Assembly: GCF_009834535.1 (NCBI RefSeq)
Contig: NC_045707.1
Span: 54,562,001 to 54,626,000 of the forward strand
Reading direction: 5' to 3'
Source of the DNA: Camelus ferus
Lineage: Eukaryota
Length of the DNA stretch: 64,000 nucleotides
Shown: positions 1 to 12,200 of the stretch, in pieces
Layout of the letters: every line of letters starts with the position of its first letter
Position numbering within the stretch: the stretch's first letter is position 1
Made by a program: the position numbers and the translations under genes
The notes under the pieces: generated by a model
What the model saw: the letters and a program-made list of their open reading frames with translations, nothing else
The model's database searches: none
What the model was told of the DNA's origin: nothing

Positions 1-414
1 AATGGTATGTCCTGCCCTGAGATATGTATGGCATTTGTTATACAGAAACTTCATATTTACATGGAGTCATGACTTGAATTCACTAAATGCCTAAACCTCT
101 GAATTATATACCTGCTTGATATAAGAAGTAAAACACTTGGTGTGAAATGAAGCATTAGAGTAATCTCAGAAGAAGAAAGTTTCTGAAGGCTTGGTCCGAT
201 ATTTTTAAAGTTGTTGTCTCTACTTAACATACAGGGACTAAAGGCGTAAGATCATCAAGCGTATTAGAAGTCTCTGTAAAGTAGGAATGAACGAGGACCA
301 GAGTGCTCTTAAACAACGTAAAGAACATTCTTGGTATTGACTGAGATTTGTGACAAAGCTAAAAGAATGTTTTCATTACTGTCAAAAGCTCCAGGCAAGG
401 AAAGATAGGGGAAC

Positions 415-630
415 TTACATTTAATGATCATGTACTCATAGTAATAGTAGTAACAGCTGTATGACATGCATTTGATCTTCCTCCTCATAAAAATACTCTT
501 TGGTAACTACTATCGCCCATATCACAGATGGAAAATTGACCCTACTTGTACAGGAGAATGCAGCATGTTAATTGTAGAGCTAGGACTTTAAACTTGAATT
601 TCAAAACCAGATATTGCCACACTCTACCAA
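415..630 (-). mobile_element. MIR SINE (degenerate)
   Basis: cccatatcacagatggaaaattga core and gagctaggacttt...aaac resemble the MIR minus strand. Confidence 0.6.
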
Positions 631-789
631 GCTACCACCACCAGCTTCTAGCCTGCACCATGTTGGAATTTGATGTTGTTATCAGGCTGAATCAATAAGA
701 TCATAATTTAGATTTCCATTTAGACAGTTTGTCATTTACAGTAGGCATAGTACTAAATATCTCTTTTTAGTAGTTTGTGTTCCTAAATA

Positions 790-1025
790 ATAATCATTAT
801 AACAGTAGGAGGAATAATAATACTATGCATCTATTAAATTCCTACTGTGTGTGAAGTAGTGTGCTCCACATACATTGTCTATGAGCCTAACAATAACCTT
901 CCAAGATAGGTACTCTTGTTTTTGAAAATGCCAAAAATTTTCAACAGGACTAAGATAAACATGAAAAGATGACCAAGCTATGATGTGAAACCAAGTCCGT
1001 TGGTCTCCAAAACTCCTATTTTGTC
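790..1025 (-). mobile_element. MIR SINE (degenerate)
   Basis: cctactgtgtg...cctaacaataacctt...gataggtact...aaaccaagtc resembles the MIR minus strand. Confidence 0.5.
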
Positions 1026-1189
1026 TTAGGAGCAAGGTTAGAATTCTCCTGTCTAAAATGCTCTCAATTACTTGCCCCTCCTTTAGATGTCTGTAGCAAC
1101 TTTATATGCTTCCTGTTCTCTTTCAACAGTGTCATGAGCTCAGTTCTGTTCTGCCTTCTGCCATGTTTACCTACATTTCCAGACACAGG

Positions 1190-3375
1190 GTTAAGGGAAA
1201 GAAGGCAATCAAAACCTAAACTTTTGAGACAGCAAATTCAAATGCAGAAAAAGAAGTGTTGGAGCATAGGAATTTAGCAATTAGGACAAACTATGAATGA
1301 GAGGAAATGAGGAGGAGGAGCCCATGCAGCTGAAAGTGATGGCTGTGTATTTCCCTGAGTCTGCTCTTAAAATGGAAAGAGGAAAAGAACGACTAGAAAG
1401 CAAAACCAAATTCCCATGAACAGTGGCAAGAAGATATTCCTGTGAGCCCCCAAACAGAGAGGCTAGGGACAAGCCACTGGCAACCACAAGACGTGTGTGG
1501 CGTCGCATCTGTGAGGGAGACGATGTAGGATGTACAACGGGGCTTAGGACAGTCTCCAGTCAGCCCAGACCCTCCCTGCAACTTGTGGGCAGCTGATCTG
1601 GAGACCCTGACCTAAACTGAGAGACATCTTACGGGATCCTTGACCTTATTTCAAGGAATGCAGAGAGATCAAAATGCAATAAGATCATCAGTGCTGGAGC
1701 AATATGGTCTCTAAAAACTCTTGAGACAGACAACCCAAAGTTCCCTTCCCAGAGAAAGCTCTGTAAGAGAGTGATGGGCACAAAACCTCAGCTGAGCAGG
1801 AGAGAGATAGTAGGGGCAATGAAAAAGAAAGTCCAGGTAAATATGAGAAGGAGAGCAGAGGTAAATAGAACTGAGAAATTATGAGGCCACTATTTTTTAT
1901 TACTTTGCAAAAATCGAGAGGTAATGCCCATCCCTCCCTCCTAAAAAAGCAGGAAAATTCATTTCACTTAAATGTGGTCAAAACTTTTATAAAATGTTAT
2001 TTTTTTTAAAAGAGAGGAAAGAGGTAGAGTAATATCTCTGCAGACAACAAAAGCACACAAGCAAAATACTAAAACTAATAATGCTTCAAAATGAGTTGAA
2101 ACAAATGTTTAAAAATGATAGAAGCCACGAAAAAATAGCATATATCAGTTATTTTGACATTGAAAAACATTAGACAAAAGGAAGACTTGAAAGCAAAGGT
2201 GATAGAACGCAGGAAATACTTGTGAATAAAAAAACACACTTAAGAAATGAAGATCAAATTAAACAGATAGCAAAAACAATAAGCACAATGGCTACGTCCA
2301 CAAGAATTAGAGACTACAAAGGAGGAATACTTATTAAAATCAAGAAATAACAAAGGATTTAAGAAAATGAACAGAAACAGTACTTAGGCAAAGATGATTC
2401 AACATATGTACAATGAGGGCCTCTAAAAACAGTGGCCAGAACAAATGCTAAAAGCTGTAATCAAAGAAGCTTTCCTGAAATAAATAACTTGGATGTTGAA
2501 AGGGCAAATAATACACTTGAAAAAATAGACATAAAGGCCAATACCAGGACTTAAGCCTAGGATGTTACTTCAAGACCAAAAAAAAAAGGGGGGGGAGGGG
2601 GCATCCAGGCAAAAACAAGACAAAACAAAACAAAGAAGATCATTTGTAGGAGAAAAATCTAACAGTCAACAAAATTTTTGTAACACTATTATGTAGTCAG
2701 ACATGTTTATGATTCTCAAGGAAAGATTATACGCTACAGATTTTAAATTCAGCCAAACTGACGCTGAAGTACAGTGACCACAGATAAACACTCAGAACCA
2801 TGCAAGAAATTAGGAACTATAGTTACCATGATCTCTGTTTGAAGAATCTTCTAGAGAACTAGCTTTAGACAACCAAACAGTCGACAGAAACATGAGTACA
2901 AGAACTGGTGGGTGAGCAGTAAATATTTACCTTTAGAGAAATACTAAGGAATATAGATTAGTATGTACTGGCTACATGCTCCTGACAGTGTTAACATCAG
3001 GTGAATTTTACTTCAGGTAAATAATACTTCAATAACCTGACTTAAAAAAAAAAACAACACTTAAGTCTAATCAATTATTAGGTCTAAGTACTAAATCACA
3101 GGAAATAGAAGGATCTGATGCACTTGTGAAGCAACACTGTGTGTATGCAATCAGAAAAATCCAGACTGTGGGAAATTATAGTGCAGAGTGCTCAGCTGAT
3201 TGGACAAAAAATTGGAAGAAATGATAAAGAGATGTAGGAGGAACTTAGAATGAAAAATGGACTTGAGAAACACATCAATTAATTGCAACGTGTGGCACTT
3301 CTTTCAATTAAAAAAAAGACTATAAAAAGAAAGGAGATTTCAGATAATATAAACACCAATTGGATTGTATGATTT
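1190..3375 (+). mobile_element. HAL1 / ancient L1M element (decayed ORF1 and 3' end) in an SLC6A15 intron
   Basis: A-rich plus strand. ORF1-like motifs (ttcctgaaat...gttgaaagggc; catgcaagaaattaggaactat...ttgaagaatcttctagag) and a 3' end motif (atgcaatcagaaaaatccagactgtgggaaa). 5' boundary uncertain. Confidence 0.65.
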
Positions 3376-3731
3376 AATTAATTATGGCTAAGTAAAAAAA
3401 AGAAACAAAGAAATTTTAATGTATTGCAAATATTGTGTTCATGGAGTGGAAAGTCATCAGTTGGAGGAGACTTTCCAGTAATTGACTTAAGAGGACTTTC
3501 CCCAAATGAAAATTACAGTAAACTGGTTCCATTTTACTTTATAAATCTTCTCAATTTATAAATCATCTTCCAGTATGACTTTCGGATTCAGTATAAAATG
3601 TCATAAAGTATCACGGTTAACACCCTGTCAAACCATTGATATGATGCACATTTTTGAAGGATGTGTAATTTAGCATATTTTAATATAACTATACTGACTC
3701 TGGAATAATTAAATTCTACCTTTCTGTTTAG

Positions 3732-3894
3732 GTTTATGGAAGACCTAAAAGATATGCTAGGCTTTGCTCCCAACAGATATTACTACTATATGTGGAAATA
3801 CATTTCTCCTCTAATGCTATTATCGCTGCTAATTGCTAGTGTCGTGAATATGGGATTAAGTCCTCCTGGCTATAATGCATGGATTGAAGATAAG
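3732..3894 (+). CDS. SLC6A15: SLC6A15 (B0AT2, sodium-dependent neutral amino acid transporter), penultimate coding exon
   Basis: Acceptor ttttctgtttag|G (AG 3730-3731) and donor AAG|gtaaag (GT 3895-3896). Translates [54 protein letters not shown], matching the recalled SLC6A15 TM11 region. Phase-0 join to the next exon. Confidence 0.97.
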
Positions 3895-4515
3895 GTAAAG
3901 TACAAAATAAGGAAGTTAGATTAAAAATATATACAAAATGTCATTTTAGAGGTTTTTGTCTTTTACTTTTTTCACAGTATAGCTTGCTGTTTAATGAATG
4001 CTATTGCTTTTATACAAGGATCTTGAGATTTACATTTTGTTTGGCCTCAAATATGTATTTTTTTTAATATATTGTGGATTTTTTTAGTACATGAGAAACA
4101 CTGACTTGTTCCTCATTAAGGTAGCTTTATTTATGTCACCATAGATAAACCAATAATTACTGGTCCTTTGACTCTGAAAAACATACTGACCAAACCACCA
4201 GAAATATTTTTTCCTATATGAATTATTAAATCGTATCTGAGAGACTCTATAACAATGAAAATATGCATTGGCCATGTAGACATAATTTAAGTAAATTTTA
4301 AAGTAAAGTTTTGCTATAACTGTTTTATATGAGCCATGACTATTTCCATTCTTGTTCTCAAGCTGCATCAGCTACATAGGAATGCAATCATAATATATAT
4401 TAGCTGTTATAAAATCAGAATGGTTATTTTTCAGAGTTACCTCTGACCTTTATTCTGTGGTCAATAATTCTATATGGATAGCACTTAAACCTATGACTAT
4501 TCTACTTAAATAAGT

Positions 4516-4600
4516 GTATTATCCCTTACTAAAACCCTTGGGGCCAGATGTAGTTTAAAATTTAAATTTCAGATTAAGAAAAGATACTGTGGCACATGTA
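4516..4600. mobile_element. Tigger-derived MITE fragment (MER46C-like)
   Basis: tatcccttactaaaacccttggggccagatgt...ttcagatt resembles the recalled MER46C terminus. Confidence 0.45.
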
Positions 4601-4601
4601 A

Positions 4602-4930
4602 CAGGTATCTATTGCTTAAAAACAAATGACCCCCAAACTTAATGACTGAAAGCAATGCTGGTTTATTATGTCTGAGGGTTTCTGTGGATGAGCTAAACAA
4701 TTCTCTGTGACTTGCCTGAGCTCACTCCTTCAGTTGATTAAACTTGGAGAGCAGCACTCTTTCTATGTGATCTTTCATTCTTGGCTTCTTCCAGGCATTA
4801 TGGACTCAGGGCAGCATTTTGAGACACAGAAAAGAAATTGCAGGGCCTTTAAGACCTAGCACGGGGAGTTCCTTGCTGTCACTTCCACAGTAATTTATTA
4901 GTCAAAGTCACAAGACTAGCCCAGATTCTT
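4602..4930 (-). mobile_element. MaLR LTR (MLT1H/I/J-like) in the last SLC6A15 intron
   Basis: ctattgct...aacaaatgacccccaaacttaatgact and gtcacttcc...ttagtcaaagtcacaagactagcccagattc motifs. Confidence 0.65.
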
Positions 4931-4989
4931 TGCTTACAAACCTGAGACAAATATAGTATTTTTTTGTGGACCTGTGGCAAAAGATCGAT

Positions 4990-4996
4990 TACTAAC
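4990..4996 (+). promoter_or_regulatory. Branch point of the last SLC6A15 intron (TACTAAC)
   Basis: Perfect TACTAAC; branch A at 4995, about 23 nt upstream of the acceptor. Confidence 0.8.
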
Positions 4997-5018
4997 GGTT
5001 ATTTTTTGGCTTTAACAG

Positions 5019-5390
5019 GCATCTGAGGAATTTCTGAGCTATCCAACATGGGGAATGGTTGTCTGCATCTCTCTGATGGTCCTGGCAATACTTCCCGTCC
5101 CCGTGGTCTTCATCATCCGTCTCTGCAACCTTATAGACGATAGTTCTGGTAATTTAGCATCTGTGACTTATAAGAGAGGAAGGGTCCTGAAGGATCCTGT
5201 AAACTTGGAGGGAGATGACGCAAGCCTCATTCATGGAAAGATATCAAGCGAGATGTCCTCTCCAAATTTTGGTAAAAATATTTATCGCAAACAGAGTGGA
5301 TCACCAACTCTGGATACTGCTCCCAATGGACGTTATGGAATAGGGTACTTGATGGCAGACATGCCAGATATGCCAGAATCTGACTTGTAG
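5019..5390 (+). CDS. SLC6A15: SLC6A15 last coding exon (TM12 and cytoplasmic C-terminus, TAG stop)
   Basis: Acceptor ttttttggctttaacag|GCA (AG 5017-5018). Reads [33 protein letters not shown]...[24 protein letters not shown], in frame with the previous exon and matching the recalled SLC6A15 C-terminus. Confidence 0.97.
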   Translation, partial: ASEEFLSYPTWGMVVCISLMVLAILPVPVVFIIRLCNLIDDSSGNLASVTYKRGRVLKDPVNLEGDDASLIHGKISSEMSSPNFGKNIYRKQSGSPTLDTAPNGRYGIGYLMADMPDMPESDL

Positions 5391-6390
5391 CTGGGGGCAA
5401 GAATCTGTAGGTTTTATTTGGTTCATTTTATCAATGAACATTGGCTCTACTGAGAGAAGCGTTAGACTTCACTTACCAGAGGGCGATCTCAGGTGTTCCA
5501 TGGCTGTGATCTTTGATCCCAGCAGTGTGTGTAAATTCAACTGGAGCATCCCTTTGGATTCTTTGGTTTACATTTGTGCAGAAAGAGTTACAGACGTAGC
5601 GTGCAATGACTGAGGTCCATGTCGGTCAGAATTTTTTAAAATACTTTGGGTGTTTTTTCAAGTATTTCTATCTCTAAAAATCACAGGTGTTACCTCAGTT
5701 TCTAATAATTTCTGGATGTCATGGTATGGAGCAATTCGAAAATGTTTTGCTTCAAAATGTCTAAGTTTGCCTTCAGGGTAACCCCCAGGATTACAGTGAA
5801 CAATTCTGTAAGTTGGTGCCTCTCAGCACATTTCCATGAATATACCGTGTAGATAGGCTGTACTTATTTTGGTAGCGTCAATACTTTCTTAGGCAATTAG
5901 CTGAAGAAAACTGCAAAATATTTTCTTATGTAATAGCTATGTAGAGCAATAGTATCAAAGAATAAGAAGGCACTAATGCTGGGATGAAAGGTGAGATTCA
6001 GAGGTGACTGGGGATCATGTGTGTGATGATTGTATATTTTGTGTAAAATATGTGTGTGAAAATGATCTAAGACTGAGTCACTCAGCCCTCTCAAGAATGA
6101 TGCAGATTCTGCATTTTTCTATGCCGTGTGCCTAAAAACCTACTTAATATTTATTGTGGTTTCAAAATTACTCCTAGTATATTTATATAATATACTTGCA
6201 ATGTACATAGATGTATATTAGTACTCTGAGTACTAATTTGAAAACTTGAAGCAAGATGGCATTTTATTTCATATCTTTCTGTTTTGCTTCTGTTTTATGC
6301 AAATATAAATCCTTTTTTTAAGTGATTGTTAAAAATCGTATGGCATTACATTTTAAGCTGCAAATAAACAGTTATAAAATGATGTTTGTT
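5391..6390 (+). other. SLC6A15: SLC6A15 3'UTR (to the proximal poly(A) site)
   Basis: Repeat-free AU-rich sequence from the stop codon to AATAAA at 6363. Longer isoforms are possible (another AATAAA at 7883). Confidence 0.75.
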
Positions 6391-6415
6391 TTCTGCCTTG
6401 ATTTTTTGTGTGTGT
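6363..6415 (+). terminator. Polyadenylation signal AATAAA with downstream U/GU-rich element
   Basis: AATAAA 6363-6368 followed by tgtttgttttctgccttgattttttgtgtgtgtg. Confidence 0.75.
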
Positions 6416-6999
6416 GCCACCCGAGTTGGATTATCTTGTACTTCCATCAGCACTTAGGTATTTCATAATAATTAGTCATCAAATTCCAAGTAGGATTAAT
6501 AGACCAATTAATGGAGTTACCTCTACTTTGGAGGCAAAGGAAAAAGTATTATGGTTAGGTGGTGTTCTACTGTAGTCTCACAATTCTTAAACAAATACTT
6601 ATAGCTTCCCAGAAAACCGCGTGTACAGTTGACTGCTTGCTGGGTCAATATTGTCTCTGAATTGTAAAAAATTATGATGATTTCTGTGAAACTGTTGTGT
6701 ATATGAAGTTGGAGGAAGCAGGACTCCACTGAGTGCCATCTAGTTTAAAAGGCTTTTATTTATAACTGTCCTACCACTATAGCAGTCACTTTAAAATAAT
6801 GATGGATAAAGCAGCAAAATAGGGGAGGTAGTACACACACCTATTGATTTATTTTGGCCAAATATTCTTCATCTGCTGGGGATATATGTTAACAGACTGC
6901 ATCAGAGCATTTAAAATATAATTCCACTGGTGATGAAAACTTTCAGGGTTTTTGTTTTGTTTTGTTTTTTGCATAGTCACTAATATATTTTGTATCACT

Positions 7000-7280
7000 T
7001 TAAAGTTAAAAATATTTTGGAGATAGATAATATATGCACACTATGGAAACTCAAAAATCATCAAAACTCAGTGTAAATTAAAGTTTTCTGTCAAAATTTC
7101 TCCCAGCCACCCATTTCCCATCTGTGAAGGCAAACACCATTACTGGTTTCTCATGTATCTTTAAGGAGGTGCTCTGTGTATACACATCACATGATGACAG
7201 CATTCAGTATTCTCTCTTCTGAATCTTACTTATTTCAAGGAATAATTTATTTTGAACAGTATTTCATTCATATGATGGCA
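7000..7280 (-). mobile_element. Old L1ME 3'UTR fragment
   Basis: cccagccacccatttccc...ggcaaacaccattactggtttctcatgtatctt motif. Confidence 0.5.
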
Positions 7281-9077
7281 CATAAATCAGCCTCTTTATT
7301 TCAGAAGTTGAGGTCATTTACATTTTATTCATTTTTGTATTGAAGCAGTATTGTCTTTTGTAAGCTACCCCAATGTTAGAAAGTTTGTAGCAAATACTTA
7401 CTTTATCTGCCAGCCTTTAGCTGATCATGATACTACATTGTCAAATAGCATCCCTCTCTACTCCCTCTCTTGTCATGAGGGCTGTTAATCTACAGTTTGA
7501 AGATCTGCTTTCCACTAGGGGATAGGTCTCCGCCCTTCTATTCACAGAGTAATTCCAATGCAGGAATCGTGAGATGAAAGAGAATTTCAAACAGCTTCTA
7601 ATGCCCCCATGTGGCAGATGAGGAAACTAGGGCCATGGAGATTAAAGTGAAACGAACAAGGTCTCTCCTTTCTGCTTTTTTCATTCAGTCAGTTCTTCAG
7701 CTGTTCACTCATTTATTTACCCTTTCTTTTAGGATCTATTCACCAAGAATCTGCTTATTCTCAGTACTAAGACCAGCACCATATTGTACTTAGGATGTAA
7801 ACTAGTCATTTTTCCCCCATTTTCTCTTCTTTGTCTGGGAGACTCGTTACTTGTTTTTTCCCAGACAGTATAATATTTAATCAATAAATGGTAGTAGGAA
7901 GTATCCTTTTCTGGACTCCAAAATTTGAGGCTATTTGCTGCTATTTCTGTAAACTCTGGCCTGAACCTGCACCTAGATATGACATAGCCAAAGATCGTCT
8001 ATCTTCCAGTGGGAAGCAGTCCGGGGAGATGACAGGGGGACTCAGTGTTAGAGTGGAATGCAAGGAGAAGGGAGCAAACGTACCACTCCTTTTAGGTGTT
8101 AGAGTCGTAATGAGGAAGCTAGTATCTTGATGAAACAACGTCTTAGGGTGTAATTTTATGAAAGTATATTTGTATTTCCTTGTGTTTGTGTTTATGTGCA
8201 TTATTTAAGGCAGAATTTTTTTTTTTTAGTGAATGTTCAAATGGGTACATGATTCCAGAATGTCTAAGATCAAGACATAGGTGCTTCTTAACTATAATTA
8301 TGCTTTTGAGTCACTTGTGACCTTTTAAAAGATATATTTCTAACTTACTGAATCTGAATACTTTTGGGATTGGTTGCAGGATGTGAGTATGTTTTAAAAA
8401 ACTTATTCTAATATGCATTCTTGTTAGGAACCATGGATATTAAGAAGATGAAGAGAAAAAGAAAATATGAATTCTAGTCATCTTCAATCAATAAAACAAA
8501 GGTGCAATAATGGTGATAACTGGGAAGAAACATAGTTTGGGTAGATAAAAGTTGGAATTCAAAAATTTTAAAATTCTTTGAAAGGTAAAATATCTTTCTC
8601 CTTTTAAGTTTTTTCCTGGTAGCTGTGTTTTCTGAACACTCCCCAAAGACATTCATATCTATGTCAATTGAATATGAATAAAATCAATACCAATTACAGC
8701 AATTACATAGATTTTTCCATACGTTTGTGTTACAGTTTTTTGAGACAAAGTTCTCACAAAAAGGGAAAAATGATAAAACTCTAGAAAACTATTGAAAATT
8801 CAAACACGTCCCATAAAGTATTCATTACTGAGCATAGCGTATTTTTACCTTCATAACTTAGGACTGATATAAAATGTTTCATATATTATTTTGCCTCAAA
8901 TGACTGACTCCAAAATTGGCTGATCTTTCGGTTATCCTAATATATATTCCCATCTAAAACATTGCCTTAAGAATGCCTATTATGTGGAGGTAAAAAGAGA
9001 AAAGGGACTGGGACGTTATCTCGTCCTAAATTCTTTGGATTCTACTATTACTTTAACACATCATAGTCCTTCCCAGC

Positions 9078-9136
9078 ACCACCATCAAAACACACACACA
9101 CACCACCACCACCACAAACAACAACAACAACAAAAA
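9078..9136. repeat. Compound (CAC)/(CA)/(CAA) microsatellite
   Basis: caccaccat, cacacacacaca, ccaccaccaccac and acaacaacaacaacaa seen directly. Confidence 0.85.
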
Positions 9137-12024
9137 ACACCTGATTTATATGAACAGCAAAAGAAACATGCCCTGTGGTGTCAATGAAATACTCTATTTG
9201 GTGCCACATGAGTAAAAGAAACCATGCCTTATAAATTAATGATGATATTCCAGCTGCTCTTCCTTTTCTGTTTATTGCCTTTTCAGAAGATGTTTAGTTG
9301 CACAAGAAGGAAAATGACGGTTCTTTAGAAGAGATTGACATTTATATTTCTGAGAATACGATTTTCCCAGGAACAAGCCATTAAAAGAATTGCAACAGTA
9401 TGTCATTTCACTGTTCTTTAAAGAAATGCTTATAAAAAGCAAAAAAGCAGAACACAATACCCTAGTGCACCACAGTCTGAAAAAATTGAGTAAATTTTAA
9501 AAATTTCAAGCATATTAGCAATGTGGCATTGGTTTGATCTGCCATCATTGGCATTTACCCACATTATTGACGAGGTCAACAGAATTCATGGATGCAGATG
9601 CCTGGCTTACATTCACTCCCCCAGAACACTGTCTCTTTTGTCAGGAATATGCCTTTCCCCACCTTCATTTTAAAGCTTCGCTCTAATTTGAATAAATATT
9701 GAAAGGACTAGTATGGGATCATTTGAGGTCAGTTATATCAATATCTGTTAGGATCCAACAAAGAAGATCTCTTCTCTGAGCAAGAGGGGATCTGGATGGA
9801 CGAATGTCTCTGCTAAGCAAATCAAACAGAAGTTTATTCACTATATGCTTTCTGAATACACTTTTGTGTAGAATCATTTCTATCTGGCTCTTCTGTAAAC
9901 AATCCCATGAGATTTAATCATCCCAATCCTTTTTTCTGAGTTACTGTATGAAGTAATGAAATATCGATATAGACAACCTAACAACCAACGCACCAGGCCT
10001 TCTAGATAGGAACATTTATTCCCCACTTCTTTAGCCAAGTGAGGTTGCTGATAAGCTGTGTCTAGGACGTAGATTCAGAGAATAAATCTCATTATTTACA
10101 TAGTATACATTTTATTATCATGATATGAAATGTATTATCTATTTTATTTTTACTTTTCAACTCATACTCATAACTTATCTCCGTTAAACAGACAGCACTT
10201 TCTCATCCAAAACTCTTGTCACTTTTCTTTTTTTGCCACCTTTCCCTAAGATATTTACAGTCAAACAAATCCCAACCCCAACAAGTAGAGGAAGCTACCT
10301 TCCTGTTGAACTTTACAGATGAATTTCAACAGCAAAACAACACACACGTTTGTCATCACTTTGTGGTGTTCTTTTAGAATATCTTTCTGTATACTTTTAA
10401 AAATGTAGCAGTTCATATCCTAAACTTGAATTTTTCAAAGTCTTTAATTTTTTACACTTCCAACTTTTTTAAATAGGGCTTTTAAAGCTGGTTCTCTATT
10501 TTCAGGCAGATGAGTGAGCATCACACTTCTAGGAGCGAGCATCAGCAATGTCACCTTTTTTAGTATTCTCATTACAAAGGTAAACTTTATAATGCAGATA
10601 GTGATGACAAGCACTATTTCAGAGATTTTGCCTTGATTTTGTCAGCATTAAATGAAAAAGTTCTATATATTTCACACAGAGTTTGCTTCAAACGCTTTCA
10701 AAAGTTGTATATGATTAAGCCATATGCATTTCTTTATTATGATCAAATAATTTCAGGTCATGTCAAGGCCATAAGGGATATTTTGGGGATAGAGAGAAAA
10801 TATTTTTGTCACTAGAATGACCTTATTTATAAATGAAAATAATGATGGTAACTATTTGACAATAGCCTGAATAAAATTCTAAATCTGTCTTTACATCATT
10901 GTCCTAGTCATCCGAGGGGAAAGTAATTCATATGTGAATGAGTCTTTGTCTTTCAATAGAAAAAAAATATTGCCTGTGTAATATCATTAAAGAAAGGCAA
11001 AACAGTCAGTTATGGTCTATTCAGAAAAAACAGGGAGCTATTTCCCGCAGAAGAGCCTCCTGGTGCTCACTAGACAGAGCAGCGGGCTGTGGGACTCTGC
11101 GTCTCTCTCCCACACTGAGACATCCTTCACTGGCCAGCCAGGCACGGCAGCCGCACCTGCTCTAATTGATTAACTCTCGTGGCTGACCCGGAGCCTTGTA
11201 CAGCCCAGGTTTCAGGTTTTCCAGCTGGTTTCACACAGTGGAAATACTAGGAGGTGTCAGCTTAGAATGCAGCCCTCAAAGCAGCCCTATCTCAAAAAGC
11301 ACAAAGGAACTAATTGGGAGAGGATTATTGCTTAGCATAACCTACGGAAATTTTAGAATGGGAGCTCCCGCACATTACTGGTATGTTTTAAGGCAATAAG
11401 GATTTGAGAATCTAGAGCCTCGGCTATTGAAAATTCGAGTCCAAACTTCTGATGCAGGGAAATGTAATCACTTCAGTTAAGAGCTCCAATATTGAGGTCC
11501 GGGCGGCTAGGCTACAGAGAACCCACCTGCTGTATCCTTACTCTTTACTAATACCACTCAGGCTGACTGTTCCTAGGTCTTACCTGGATAGCCCAAAGCT
11601 TCATGCCAACCATTTCCCTCGTCTCTTTCCCCTCTCGTTGCCCATTTCGGGCTGCAGTGTTCCACTCTTTTCTCTCCTCTTCTCCTTAATACATATCCAT
11701 TAGTCAAGGGATAAATGACTAATAAGAGTTTTGACTTTAGCTCCACTCTCTGCGGCAGCTACCATTTGATAAAGAGAGAGTGTTGTGGTCTTAAATCAGT
11801 TCCACCTTTAACCCACAGAGCCCTACTGTGTGGATAGGGTCTCTGCTCTTTTCTACCCTCCTTTTTATTCAACTAAAGCAGCTTCGTTTTCTTCTGTTTT
11901 TAGGTTTGGTAATATTTCATAAAAAATGAATTCTAAGTTTACAAGAAGCTATATGCAAATGTTCTCATTTTATATATATAAAAGAAGACTTTGGTCCTAG
12001 AGTTTGATTTACTCTTTTTTTCAT

Positions 12025-12200
12025 ATGAGCTCTGCCACTTAATACTGTGTAACCCTAGATAATTTATCAATAATCTGAGCCTCAGTTTCCTTACCTGGGA
12101 AGTGGGACTAATAACATATAGAGTTCTTATGAGAATTAAAGAAGATAGAAGAGAAAATGCTCAGCACGGTTACTGGCACATATTAAGTGGTCATTATATT
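12025..12200 (+). mobile_element. MIR SINE
   Basis: agctctgccacttaatactgtgtaacc...tctgagcctcagtttcctt...gagaattaaa...cagcacggttactggcacata. Confidence 0.8.

Noticed and set aside
2588..2601. G8-A-G5 run as a G-quadruplex element
   Set aside because: Only two G tracts, inside a decayed HAL1; likely slippage.
3895..3924. VKYKIRKLD* tail of ORF 3736-3924 as an alternative C-terminus
   Set aside because: It is read-through past a good AAG|gtaaag donor; the spliced frame continues correctly at 5019.
5055..5390. ORF as a stand-alone 111-aa gene
   Set aside because: The Met is internal; the exon begins at the acceptor at 5019 and is the end of SLC6A15.
5350..5390. One-residue difference from the human C-terminus (ADMPD versus recalled ADIMPD)
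   Set aside because: In frame and, from memory, shared with other non-primate mammals; not verifiable here.
6730..6748. CTCF-like motif on the minus strand (AAACTAGATGGCAC), and similar partial matches near 5475 and 7512
   Set aside because: Each lacks key core positions; expected by chance.
8984..9187. Poly-His/poly-Gln ORF
   Set aside because: Produced by a compound CAC/CAA microsatellite; GTG start and no splice or homology support.
10303..10332. 8-bp inverted repeat (also 11699-11723 and 25567-25583) as a structured RNA or pre-miRNA
   Set aside because: Stems are too short for a pre-miRNA and of a size expected by chance in AT-rich DNA.
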